Positions 24,771 to 38,586 of a DNA stretch of 64,000 nucleotides are shown one piece after another. A program made the position numbers and the translations under genes. Under the pieces are notes generated by a model. That model saw only the letters and a list, made by a program, of their open reading frames with translations, made no database searches and was not told the DNA's origin. The stretch lies in contig NW_024704743.1 in assembly GCF_018977255.1 (NCBI RefSeq), positions 83,764,001 to 83,828,000 of the forward strand, given 5' to 3'. How positions within the stretch are numbered: position 1 is the stretch's first letter; each line of letters begins with the position of its first letter. Source of the DNA: Callorhinchus milii. Its lineage: Eukaryota.

Positions 24771-27050
24771 TCAATTCACATGGTTAAGATTATAGCAATT
24801 CCAAAGCACCGGTGAGTATTTTACTGACCGCTAGGCTTTTTAAAATACAGAATTGCCAATCTTATTTGTTATATAAATGCATAAATGCTCGTACTGTTCT
24901 CCAAATCGTATTCACATTCATGGATATTTGGCTATATTTGAGAAAGGGAAATCAGGAAAAGAAATAACATGCCTTTCATTATGTTTTCTGATAGGCAAAT
25001 TTCTAATAGAAAATAAAAAGGTGGAATTTGTTTTTTAATAAAACGCATTTGCATTTTCAAATAAAGCCTGATTGTGGAATACTGTAGCATGTTGGTCAGA
25101 GCACTCGCATTGCAAGAAACATTAGGCAAATTTCCTTTTACTCCACACGCCTCAGCTTACCTAACAGTAAGTGGAAACCTGGTTGTTAGTCGATTAGTGG
25201 ATTCCAGGGATAATATAAGACCTGAAAAAAATTTTCTTAAATAATAATTTAAATCTCATTATATCGCTTACTCCACGTGCAATGGAACACCATTCATGAT
25301 TCTCTCTTTGTCAGTGAGCTTGTTGATTCATTTAGTCCAGAGAAACTGCAAAGGAACATGATTAAACAATCGAAAAAACCCTGTGAAGTTGTATTCATTT
25401 CAGAATATACGAAGTGTCCCTCTCAATATCTCTTTTAAAATTATACCATCAAAAAGCACCGTCGAAAACGCTCAGCTTCCCATGTTGTGTAGTTGTTTGT
25501 AATGATGTACCCATTAAGAAATGATGTCACTGGTTGGGTGTTGCTAAGCTTAATTAACACTGGTAGACACAGAGCAGAATTTGATTTTCACATCATACAA
25601 AAATGTATTTCACCACACAACATAGAAAAGGGAGCTTTACAGTCTGTACATGTGGTATCATGTTCCACATTCTTTCCTCCACTTGCTACGTCATATAACG
25701 TTGAGGCAAGCTGGTAGGGAGAGGGACAGAGACAGTTTGCTATTCAGTCATCAGATGCAAATCCAGTAAACTCATGATATCTTGACCCTGGCTTAACTTG
25801 TCACTACCACTTAAGTCATCCTGTTGTCATCAATATCCTGGCTCAATTTTGATGCTCACAGTCACATAGCCTGCTAACATACACACACACCATTTAAATG
25901 ACCAATAAAGAAGAGGGTGACCAGTAGTTGTGGAATCGTACCCCAGAGCAAGTCAACACTCTTATCATGTGTACAACAATTCCATTTGTTACAGTGCCCT
26001 TATCAATTAAAAACATCTCAATATACTTCACACAATGAATTATGTTGAATTGCAGTGTGTAATATTCTATTGGCAATGTTGCATTTCGTTTAAAAATTAT
26101 ATTTGAGCTTTCTTCCGGCCCTACCTCCAGGAATGAGACAGGAAGCAACAAAGGTACACAAAACACCGCAAATAAATCATGGAGCAAAACTCCATATAGC
26201 AACAGCATCTATACAATTATATATCGCCCTTTGTGTTGGATAACGTCTCTTTTGCAATGCTGTGATGGAGTTCGACACTGAGCAAGGGAGAAGGGGAGGT
26301 GACCATAGGAGCAGTCGAAGAGGTAGGTTTTCAAGTAGGATGTAAATACAGATAAAGAAGGAGCTGAGTTCTAGAGATTAGTGGTGATTGCTAACTCCGA
26401 CTCACAGAGCCTGTGTGGAACCCGGTGGTTTGTTCGCCTCTCAACTGTACTTTAGTTGGATGTCCTTCTGACATGAAAGGCGCAATTCAAATGTAATTTG
26501 CTGTTGTTGTTTAGGCCTTTCACCCAGACTCTGATCATCTTTATTTTCCTCCATCTCCACAACATCGCCCTCTTCCATCAGTACCTCTGCACCCCCCACA
26601 GAGCCACAGGCTCCGCTGCCCTGTTCGACTGGCTCTATATCTCATAAGAAAAGATTTACAATCTCCTTCCACCGCTTCCAAAGCCTTTCTTCACCCTATG
26701 CTGTTGCCTCCCACACCTCTACTCCTGGCCACTCCTCTGATCCACCTACTGTAGCCTGCTTAATGTCTCAATCAGCCACTTTGCCCCAACTCTCTGGAGT
26801 TCTCTTCCGAAATCCATCTGCCTCTCACTCTCCCTCTTAACTTTCAAAACCTGCTTAAAGGCCTATTCCTGTGACCGTAACTTCAGTCACCTCCCCCTAC
26901 ACTCCCCACATCTCACTCCCAGCTCAGGTTTGCACTCAGTCTTTGAAACATTCTCCCAATGTGAAAGAAGCTGTATACTTGTAAATTGCTATTCATATCC
27001 AAACTACTAAGAAACAATAACTTATCAACACCAAGCTCTCCTCTTTACAG

Positions 27051-27370
27051 GAGTCCTGTAGCTCAGTGGTTAGAGCACTTGCTTTGCAAGTGAGAGACCT
27101 GAGTTCAATTCCAGGCAGAGCGAAACCTTGGGCAAGTTTCCTTACTCCACACGCCTAATAATAATCCCTCCAAAACAAAACAAAAATAAATTGGTCATTT
27201 TCAATCCACGACTGTTTGTGGGACACTGCTGTGCGCAATTGGCTGCCGCGTTCGCCCAGAAATATACAGTCAATTCACTTTACAGTATATTCTGTGACGC
27301 GCTTTGGGACGTCTATAAGACGTGAAAAGCGCTATATCAAATCCAAGGATTATTATTATATTATTATTAT
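27051..27370 (+). mobile_element. tRNA-derived SINE, short (internally deleted) form
   Basis: Head GAGTCCTGTAGCTCAGTGGTTAGAGCACTTGCTTTGCAAGTGAGAGACCTGAGTTCAATTCC (A and B boxes, TGC anticodon-like loop), then CCTTGGGCAAGTTTCC and tail GCGCTATATCAAATCCAAGGATTATTATT. Confidence 0.92.
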
Positions 27371-28895
27371 CTCTTACGCTGGGTGTATATGGATCTTCTA
27401 GTTTTTGCACCAGCACAGCTCTGTGAAAAATTCCGCGGAGAATTTGAGATGCAGCAGTTTATTTTAACTTACACGGCAGCAGCAATGATACTGCAGAGCA
27501 TCATCAATCTTGTGTTTTGCTATGTGGAGAAGATTTATAAAACGGTTACATATAATAGAATGTTTAACCATGCATGCATACACACGTAGTGTAACTGGAA
27601 ACATATTGTATGTGCTAGTGACACATTGAACATCTAGATGTGAGTGACTTGGATGTCCTATTTGACTAAAATACTAGTAGTAAATAAAAATATGTTTTCA
27701 CAACCATAGACCAGTCCAATCTGTTTATTTGATGGAGTAAAAACTGTTTAAATCCCTTATGTCTTGCCTCACCCTATGACCTTCTAAAATCTTACTAACC
27801 CGCCTGCTCCCCCCACTCGGCAAGCACTGGTCTGCTTCATGTCCCCCGCCTGCCTGCCCCACAATCGGTAAGTGGGCCTTCAGCATATCTGCCCAACTCT
27901 CTGAAACTCCATCCTAGAGTCCCTTCGTCTGGCCCTTCCCTCACCTCCTTAAAAGTCCATCTCAAGATCTTCCTCTTGGAACAGGCCTTCCAATATATTC
28001 CCACCCCACCTCCCTTGGCCCCCACGCCCCAAATCCAACTCCTCGCTGGAGTCCAAACCCTCGACTGTCCAGTGCCTTGGGAAAATGTGAAAGGTGCTGT
28101 ATAAAGGGAATTTGTTACTGCTGTCCAGCTTCATCATATCAAAGGCTGCTGAACAAGGTTTGAAGCCTCCTTAAACGTTTGTGTCTGGGTTGACAATGTG
28201 GATACACAGAAGGAGAATGTTTTATTACTTTCTTTCAAACACACCAGAGGTCATAAGGAAAACTATATTAAATACCCAAGTGACAATAAAAAAGCTTTTC
28301 TTTAGTGAAGATCAATGCTTCTTCTGTTTTTGCCCAAACAGCAGATCATCAAAAACAAGTGTTTCAACAGTCACTCGAGAGAGACTGTTCCATCATTTTG
28401 TGGTTAGACGAAACAAGGCAACCAGTATATTCATACTGTTATTCAGACAGCAGCATGTTACCATGTCTCTTGTCCCAGTGGTTAATTACCCTCTGGGTAA
28501 AGAAAAATATACTGGAATATACTGAAAAATGACAGTAAAGGTTCAGATGATCTCACCCGTCCAGTATACCCAGCCAACTGTATCCCCTCCACAATCACAG
28601 CATCAAACTGTGTTTTTTACAATGGGTCCAATGTTCTGGCCTTACCTACCCTCTCTGGTAACTCTGTTAATTATCCTCTGGGTAAAGAAAAACGTACTGG
28701 TGTCCATCCTGAAATTTCCCTTTGCAGATAGAAACATCTATTCGCTTGTTTTACAGTCTTGGTGCACCTGAAAGTATTGTTCTGGGTTTATTTAAACCTC
28801 TAATTTAAACCTCTTCTGCAAAAATTCACAGTCACTACGCCTAAAACCAATTCCTGTGAAGCAAATTGAGACATCCTCCCAATGTGAAAGGTATT

Positions 28896-28951
28896 GGGAC
28901 GTCCTCCTGACGTGAAAGGCGCTTTATAAATGGAATCTTGTTGTTGTTGTT
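28896..28951 (+). mobile_element. Minimal young L2 insertion (3' tail only)
   Basis: Matches the terminal tail of the 53590-55175 copy. Flanked by GTATT at 28891-28895 and 28952-28956, inside an older homologous tail. Confidence 0.85.
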
Positions 28952-31643
28952 GTATTATATGAAATACAAGGGTTTTATTCTCTGTCTAATTGGAGGGCAG
29001 AGTCATCTCTTATCAACTATGTTACAATCTTTCCAGGAGGTGAATTGGCTGTGATGTTAACAATAATAACTGCTTTCATATGGATGAGCAGGTGGAAAAG
29101 GTATTAAGACAGTGCTATTATTGAAACATCAGCAAATTCTGCACTGAACAAGAATTAAAAAACAAACACACATCCTCATTAGACTCAGGTAAAGCACTAT
29201 GCGGAATAGTTCAATAGCAGAAGTCACAAATAATAATATAATAATAATAATCCTTGCATTTGATAGAGAGCCTTATCACATCTTCGAGAAGTCTCAAAGC
29301 GCTTCACAGAATACACTGCAAAATGAATCAACAGTATGTTTAGTGGGCAAGCTATAATAATGCTTGAATTTGATGGAGCACCTTATCACTTCTAAACATC
29401 TCAAAGTGTTTCATAGAAAAGACTGTTTTTGTAAATGACTGTGTATTTGTCAGGAAATATACTGAAAGATAGCAGTGTAGTAAAGAAAAAAATAAATGGG
29501 ATCAAGTTCCTAGTATTTCCGAAATGCTGTTATGTAATACCACAAACTGGCCCCCAATGTATTGGGGTTTAGTCATTTTTAAGCCTGAAAATAATGAAGT
29601 CAAGCTCCTGCACGCGAGGAAGCTCAGGAACATAATCCTGCTGTCAGTACATAAATACAATCTACGAGGATGAAATTTGGGCAAAAGTGATAAAGACATT
29701 GCACATGGTACCCAAGTTGGGTTTAAAGCCAGATCTGGAAGAAAATGATGCAAAGATAAAGTCCTAAAACTATCAAGAAGACGCAATAACAAATGCAAAA
29801 ATTATTATTAGTGGAAGAGTAAAAAGTCAGTGCAGAAAATGCAGAGTGGAAGAGAATCACAGTGGTTCAATCAACAGTGAGGGAACAATAATAGGCTTAA
29901 CAAATCAGGCAAGATTAGTTTGTGATGAAGACGTCAATTCTAAACCACGTTTTCTCTTTCAAACACTGGCTGATTTATTTTTTTAATCTTGGCTTCTTGC
30001 GTGCAGGCACACCAGCTCTGAACACTGAGACTGTTGTACTTAATTACGGGCAGATGGAAAGGAATGGGGAGGCGTATCAACAAACCTGATAAAGATCTAA
30101 TCCACCTTCCCTCTGATAACCTCCAGTGCCCCCAAAATAGACCAAAACAATGATAGGTTAGACTTGGCAAAAATACATGGATTATTTTGTTTGTTTCACA
30201 AGCTCTCTATGGAGCTCAGCTACAGCCATGGTGTAAAGTAATTGCAACAACTATATAAACTATATAAATGTAAATTGTACTGTAACAATTTGCATGTATT
30301 CAGAACCCTTCACATAGAAGGAAGTCTCAAAGTGCTTTAGTAGCTGGGGCACGGGGGGGAAGGCGACCATAGGCACAGACAAAGAGATAGATCTGTCCAC
30401 GCTCTACGCTCAGCAGAATCCAGCCTGCTGCATGTCCTGTGCCCCACCATCGGCGGTCTGGCCTTCAGCCTTTCTGCCCCCACCCATTGGAACTCCATCC
30501 CAACTTCCCTTGGCCTTACTCCCTCCCTTATAAAAATAATATAATAATTATCCTTGCATTTGATATAGCGCTTTTCACTTCTTCTCGACGTCTCAAAGCG
30601 CTTCACAGAATAGACTGTAAAGTGAATTGACCGTATATTCCCTTGCCTCCTTCAAGGCATGACTCAAGACCCTCCTCTCTGTCCATGCCTTCGGTCATTC
30701 TCTTACCCCTCCTTCCCAGCCCTCTACCCCTCCTGATCCCAAACCCCTGCTTGGGGCAAAAATCCCTGACAGTGGCTTGGGACATCCTCCCGACTTGAAA
30801 GGCACTATACAAATGTAATTTGTTGTTGTTGTTGTTGTTTTAAGGGGGAGTTAAAGACATATGGAGAGGTGCAAGACGGAGGGATTGAGGCAGGGAGTTC
30901 CAGAGGTTAGGGGTGTAGAATTGGAAGCTGAGCTGCCAATGGTGGCATTAGTACTGTGAAGAAAGCGCAGCAAAGCCTGAGATCTGAAGGGGAGACCAAG
31001 ATCATGTAATTGTCTGTTGGCTGTATTCAATTGAGAGTTATGGCACATTTCCTTATCTCACGGACAGATTGTGTACACATTCATAGTGAGTGTTGATGCT
31101 TCACACAATTATTTACAATAGTAATGTTTACAATACAATTTACATTTATATGGCACCCTTCACATCGAGAAAATGTCTCAAAGTGCTTCACACTGCTGGC
31201 TGAGCACTGAAGTCACTATATAAATGCAAGTTGTTGTTGTTGTTCTGGAGTCGGGGGCTGGGAGCTGAATTGGATGAAGCAGTCAAACTGGTACATCTTG
31301 AGGCTGGTTTTGAACATGGGGAGGGAGGGAGTGAGTCGGTTGGACTCTGGCATGGGGTGTCAGAGAGCAAGGGTAGAATGGTTGATAGCTTGCTTGTTAT
31401 AAGTGGGGTGAATAGGGAGGGAGACATGAAGTAGCCTTGGGTTCGCTGAACAAAGGGAGTGCTGGGTTGGTAGAGTTGTAGGAGGTCACAGAGCTAGGGT
31501 AGTTGAGGCCTTGGGGGGGATTTAAAGGTGAGATCAAGGATCTAGAATTCACTTTACATTTGTCCCGCAAATTCTACATTTCTGCAGTAAAATCCAACCT
31601 CTCACCCTACAGATAGATGCTTTCAATACCTAGAGAAATCAGT

Positions 31644-32010
31644 GCTAACCTGGCTCAGTTGGTGGCATTCTCATCTCTGGTTCAGAAGGTTGTGGGTTCA
31701 AGCCACATGTTGAGACTTTGAACTTATGGTCCAGGCTGACACTCCAGGGCAGTGCTGTGGGAGTTCTGTATTGCCATCCTTTGGATGGGATGTTCTGGAG
31801 ATATACATTAAACATCCCATGGCATTTGAAAAGAGGAGGGAGTTTCTCCCAGTGTACTGCCAAAAATTCCCAGACAAATTGATCATTCACTTCATGGCTA
31901 TTTGTGAGACACTGCTGAGTGCAAATTGGCTTCAGTATTCGCCTACAAATACACAATTATTACACTTTACAGTAAAACCTGAGAAGAGCTTTGAGAGGAC
32001 GTCTGAAAAC
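31644..32010 (+). mobile_element. Deu-domain (SacSINE1-like) SINE, near full length
   Basis: CCTGGCTCAGTTGGTGGCATTCTC...CAGAAGGTTGTGGGTTCAAGCC head, GGCTGACACTCCAGGGCAGTGCTG, ATCCCATGGCA, GTGCAAATTGGCT and tail. Confidence 0.85.
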
Positions 32011-34504
32011 AAAATGATGTGGGGAAGATTTCTAATAATTTCCTACCTGTTGCATAAACATCTGGAGCCTGTGCTACCTATGATGGATGCAAAGTAAAGA
32101 AATGTTCGTATCTAACTTTGTTTGTGACAAACGTGACAGAGAGAAGCAGCTTATCGGCAAAATGTTGATTCCTCCTTTCAGATGGTGGCAGAAAATGATT
32201 CAGAGCATCAGATCATCATGGCTGATACTGTGAGCTAGCAATAAAGCCATCCATTCGAGACAGGCCTTAGTGAATCAATTTCATTTCCATCCATCAATGC
32301 CAAGCATAAATGTTTATGTTCTGCTATAACCTAACTTGTCAGAAGAAAGCATTCCTTGGCAGCAAGAGGAAGCTTTTAATGATATGACCTTATAGAAAAC
32401 ACAAAGTGAAGGAACACTGAGAATACTTTGTTTTTTATCAACAACAACAAAATTACATTTGTATAGCATCTTTCATGTCGTGAGGATGTCCCAAGGCACT
32501 GGACAGTCAGAGTTTCGGACCTGAGCTGGAGGTCGGGATTGGGGAGGGTGGAGGGCAGGGGGGGAAGCAGGTTGATTAAAGTCAATGTATTTATTGATTT
32601 ATCAACAAATTATTTATCAATGTAACTTGGAACGAGATATCAAAGTCTGCAACCTTAATCTTTTTGTTCTGTTGTGACGTGGAGGAACTGACTTGAAGGT
32701 GGACATAAGCACTAATCTTGGCACAATTGAACTGTTACAATAATAATAATGAGAATCCTTACATTTAATATAATGTCTTTCACATTAGGAGGACATGTCA
32801 AAACACTTCAAGTTATATACTGCAAAGTGTAAGGACTGTAATTTGTATGCGAACACCTAAATGTCTATACAAAGTGCTAAATGGAAAGTTACCCATGATT
32901 CCAACTCTTTGAAATCTTTATATATTAGTTCTACTCCTTGTTGTCATATTGGCATTTGTAATTGGTAACACATAGGCCCCATGTCAATTAACATTAAAAA
33001 CATTATGTGGAATTCTAAATGCACTGATCAATTCCTTGTGAACTATGAGGCTTTGCCACTGTATAAGTGAATTGCTCCCCTTGTGAAAATGTTAGTGTGC
33101 ACATGTAACTGTGAAGATAATGAGTAATATTAACACCGAGCTGATTGCACGCAAATGCAAAAATTCTTATTATTATAAGTGCCAAGGATTCATGACATCC
33201 TGCTACATATTTAAAGGGAGGTGTGATCACACAATAAAAAGTTTACAAGATTTTTTAACTTTAAATTGTCTTTTTCATTAAAAGGCTGGGAATTGGGGGA
33301 AATTCCTTTGTTCTCCAGTATGTGTGTGTCATGGCATACAGTGAACAGAATGATGCACGACTATGTGTAAAGGGAAAAATGGCCAATGCCTTGCTTCATT
33401 TCCTTAACTGAGCATGTTAGTCACTTGATAAAAGCTCTGTGTGAGGAGTCCGTGGAGGTTTCTGGCAACAAGGCTACATAAATCACTTCCCCTCCCTCCA
33501 CCACTGTCACCCTTGCTAGCCTTTAATACTCAGTTCAGGTTGTTTGGTAAACTCACTTTGATTGACTGACTTGTCATACCACCTGATGTAACCTTACCAC
33601 ATTCACACAATTTACCAAAGTGCAACAATCCCTGTGAAAAATAATACTCTTAAAAATAATACTCTTAAGTCTTAATGTATCCCCATCAAAATTATTACAA
33701 GATCACAAGATCGGTTTGGAATGAAGAAGGTCCTTCGCCCCATCTGATCTCATACTTCTGAAACACCTACCCTACCAGCCCCCATCACAGCATCAAGCTG
33801 GTCACCCATAGTTCCTCAAACCAGGAATGGTTTGACGATAGGTCAAAAAGACAATGCAAATTCATCTTTAATTATCCTCAGATTTGGGAGTAATCAATTT
33901 CCTCCCAGACTTTGCCACAATGGTTTGGTGCTAAGCCTCTTTTCAAGATTGTTCTTGATAATCCAAGACAATCCAAGATTGTCCACCATCAAGGATTCAC
34001 ACTACATGGTAGTGGACCTCAAATACTGTCTGACAGAAGCTGCTTTTCAGTATTACTGCACAGCCTTTTGCTGGAGTTAAGCCAATATCCTATCCTATTT
34101 TTAGCAGCTCAAAATCAGAGTTCTCTACAATTGAAGACAAAAAATGGAACACAGAAATCTTGGGAGCCAACCACTGTGCCGAAGGAGTGCGTGCGTGTGG
34201 TGGTGGGGGTGGGGGTGGGGGGGGTAATTGAAGAACTATGCTAATTAAGATACAGAATGAGGTTAGTAAACCCAGAATCAAACCCCCCAAATAAAAATTC
34301 CAAATTCCTCTTAAAAATATCTCTTTGGTATTGCCTTTGGCCTAAAAGTTACTTCCTGTTCAGTTATCCCCATTGCCTTTATGAAGTACTTTCAGCCATT
34401 CATCCTGTGTCAAAGGTGTTATTCTGGGAAGTGACTAATGTTGTTACAATAGATAGGTCAGTACTGTAGTAGTTTTCAATAACTTCCCTGCACCCCCCAA
34501 AATA

Positions 34505-34865
34505 CAAAATAACAATCCTTGCATTTTGATAAAATGCCTTAGCCTGTTGATATGTCTCAAAGCACTTCATAGAGTTTTCTGTTTTGTGTTGTGACTGTAT
34601 TTGTAGGAGAATGTAGCAGCTACAATTTTGCACAAAGAAATGTCCCACAAACTCGCCTCTCTTTTCAAATTGTGCTGTGGGATCTTTAACGTCCACCTGA
34701 ACAGGCAGACAAGACTTCGATTTCACAGTTCATCTGAAGAACAGCACTTTTCCCCACAACACTGGACTGGAGAGTGTCTGCCTGGAATCAGATTATGAGC
34801 TCAAATGTGGATCTTGAACGCACAATCTTTTGACTCAAGAGTGCTACAAACTGAGCCAAGCTGAT
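34505..34865 (-). mobile_element. Deu-domain SINE
   Basis: Same family motifs on the reverse strand (GGGATCTTTAACGTCCACCTGAACAGGCAGAC; CTTGAACGCACAATCTTTTGACTC; CTGAGCCAAGCTGA). Confidence 0.82.
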
Positions 34866-35061
34866 ACCTGATGATCTTCAATAGCTCCCTTCCCTTCCCT
34901 CAACAAATAAAATGCTCAATTACTCCCCAAATCAAATAAAAACCTTGACTGACAGCTGGCAATATCATGGTGGAGTTAATACAGCACCGCCCCCCCCCCC
35001 CACCCACTATCACTAGATGTGCTGAGATATACATTCATCAGCCTCTGTGAAAGGAATTTAC

Positions 35062-35137
35062 CTTCAGGAGCTCCGGCCCTACCTAGTGATTCACACACAA
35101 GCCCAGGTAATTCGCTCGTCAGCTACTTTCCAGCTAC
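35062..35137 (-). other. Candidate non-coding 5'UTR exon of the golli-mbp transcript (first or internal exon)
   Basis: Donor GAAG|gtaaat at 35061. Possible acceptor after a long pyrimidine tract (...ttccttaaag| at 35138). All three frames are closed. Unique CpG-containing sequence ~27 kb upstream of the coding exon. Confidence 0.45.
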
Positions 35138-35379
35138 CTTTAAGGAATTTCAGCAGAAAAGAGCAACGAAAAGGGAGTGGAGGAGGAGAGAAAGAAAGGC
35201 TGAGCTTGCACATCTACAACCACTGGGGGGGGGGAGACAGGGAAGAGAAAGCCCCTGTTCTGAGCAATGTTTGTGTATGTATGGAATGTGGAGTGGGGAG
35301 TGGAGGGGACGGGGGGGGTCCCTGAGCAGAGCACAGGTGCTGGCTCTGGTGTGAAAGGACAAGGGATGGTCTTTGGAGA

Positions 35380-35480
35380 GAAAAGCGGTGAAGTGAGTGA
35401 AGCGAGTGAGCAGAAGTTTGTGGTTCACTCCGCACGACAAAGCGCCATATCAAACCCGGAAGCCGAATCAGAAAGGCAGA
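35380..35480 (-). promoter_or_regulatory. Candidate proximal promoter
   Basis: CpG-rich unique sequence containing TGTGGTT (RUNX), GCGCCAT (YY1-like) and CCGGAAG (ETS/GABP) within ~50 bp, just upstream of the 35062 donor. Confidence 0.35.
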
Positions 35481-35661
35481 TTATATTTTAACCCCCAAAC
35501 CCAAAGGGCTTTCCCTGGACACAACGATAAATAACACAGAGAGGCTGCTCCAACAGCGGCAGTGAGCAGCCAACCTCTCGGGGGCAGACAGGGTCACCCT
35601 GTACCGTCTTGTGTCTGAGGTTTGTTTTCAGTGCCTTCAGATTGTGCCATGTCCAGCTCAC

Positions 35662-35740
35662 AAGCACATCACAAACACACACACACACCCACTGACACAC
35701 ACACCCACTGACACACACACACCACACACACACACCACAC

Positions 35741-35781
<41 letters not shown>

Positions 35782-36481
35782 ACTGACACACACATCACAA
35801 ACATGCACACACACACACCACACACACACACCACACACTGACACACACCACACACACACACACACCCACTGACACACACACACACCACACCCACTGACAC
35901 ACACACTGACACACACACACACACCACAAACACACACACTGACACACACACACACACCACACACACACACCACAAACACACCCACTGACACACACCACAC
36001 ACCACACCACAAACACACCCACTGACACACACACACACACCACAAATACACACACACACCACACACACACACACCACACACACACACCCACTGACACACA
36101 CACACACACACCCACTGACACACACACACACACCACACACACACACCACAAACACACCCACTGACACACACCACACACACACACCACAAACACACCCACT
36201 GACACACACACACACACCACAAACACACACACACACCACACACACACACACACACCCACTGACACACACATCACAAACACACACACACACACCCACTGAC
36301 ACACACACCACAAACACACACACTGACACACACACATACACACACACCACAAACACACACACACACCACAAACACACACACCACAAACACACCCCACTGA
36401 CACACACACACACCACACACACCACACACACCACAAACACACCACAAACACACCCACTGACACACACACACACACACCACA

Positions 36482-36512
<31 letters not shown>

Positions 36513-38078
36513 CACCACACACTGAAACACACACACACACACCACAAACACACACACTGACACACACACACCACACACACACACACACCACACACACACA
36601 CACACACACTGACACACACACACACACCACACACACACACACACACTGACACACACACACCACACACACCACAAACACACACACACACACACACACACCA
36701 CACACACACACACACACACCACAAACACACCCACTGACACACACACACACCACAAACACACCCACTGACACACACACACCAAACACACACACACACCACA
36801 AACACAGACACACACACACACCACAAACACACACACACACACCACAAACACACCCACTGACACACACACACACCACACACCACAAACACACCCACTGACA
36901 CACACACACACCACAAACACACCCACTGACACACACACACCAAACACACACACACACACCACAAACACACCCACTGACACACACACACACCACAAACACA
37001 CACACAATGACACACACACACACCACAAACACACACACACACTGACACACACACACCACACACACCACAAACACACACACTGACACACACACACACCACA
37101 CACACACACACACACTGACACACACACACCACAAACACACCCACTGACACACACACACACACCACAAACACACCCACTGACACACACACACACACCCACT
37201 GACACACACACCACAAACGCACACCCACTGACACACACACACACCCACTGACACACACACCCACTGACACACACACACCACACACCCATTGACACACACA
37301 CACACACACCCACTGACAAACACACCCACTGACACACACACACACACACCCATTGACACACACACACACACACCCACTGACAAACACACCCACTGACACA
37401 CACACACACCCACTGACAAACACACCCACTGACACACACACACACACACCCATTGACACACACACACACACACCCACTGACAAACACACACCACAAACAC
37501 ACACCCACTGACACACACACACACACTGACACACACACACCAAAAACACACACCCACTGACACACACACACACACCCACTGACACACAAACACACACCCA
37601 TTGACACACACACACAGACACACAGACACACACCACACACACTGACACACACACACACTGACACACGCACACACACACACCCACTGACACACGCACACAC
37701 CCACTGACACACACACACACCCACTGACACACACACACACACTGACACACACTGACACACACACACACACACTGACACACACACACGCACTGACACACAC
37801 ACACACTGACACACACACCACACACACACACGCACTGACACACACACACACACACTGACACACACACACACACTGACACACACACACACACACACACCCA
37901 CTGACACACACACACACACACCCATTGACACACACACACACACACCCACTGACAAACACACACCACAAACACACACCCACTGACACACACACACCACACA
38001 CACACACACACACACTGACACACACACACCAAAAACACACACCCACTGACACACACAAACACACACCCACTGACACAC
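35662..38078. repeat. Compound (CA)n/(TG)n array, ~2.4 kb, punctuated by CCCACTGA, CCACAAA and CACTGA units
   Basis: Directly visible. It produces the spurious Cys/Val- and Thr/His-rich ORFs. Confidence 0.97.
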
Positions 38079-38586
38079 GATACAGTAACGCAACATCTGG
38101 TTTCAGTGTCAGCGCGAGCGATCGCCACAGAGCCTTTCGCCCAAACCCCCACCACCCGCTCCCCCCTCCCGCCCCCACCCCGCACCCCCCCACCACCCGC
38201 TCCCCGCGCCCCCCCCCGCCCCCCCCACCCCCACCAACACAGGTCAGATCGGAAAACGTCCACAATACAATGTACTATCGTTCCTCCTCCACCGAAAAAA
38301 ATAACAACTACACTCGGAGATCAGAGGAGGAACCGCTGCTCAAGAGACAACATCCAACAGAGGAACCGATTCCCTCTCAACCCCCTCCCTCTCACTCCCT
38401 CCCTCCCTCCCTCTCCCTCCCCTCTCCCCCTCTCCCTCACTCTCCCTCTCTCCCCCCCTCTCCCTCTCCCCCTCTCCCTCTTTGTGCCGCTGCACAGGAG
38501 AGGGAGAAGCCGCGGTGCGGTGCGGTGCGGTCTCTTCCCCATTGCATTGCCAAAGGATGTTGAAATGGGTGAATTTCCTTACTCAC

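Noticed and set aside
27051..27125. tRNA-Ala(TGC) gene
   Set aside because: The acceptor stem does not close, and the sequence continues into a SINE body found in several copies; it is a SINE head.
35488..38265. Long Cys/Val-rich ORFs (259-822 aa)
   Set aside because: Translations of a (TG)n-based array that lacks stop codons; open in all frames, with no protein-like complexity.
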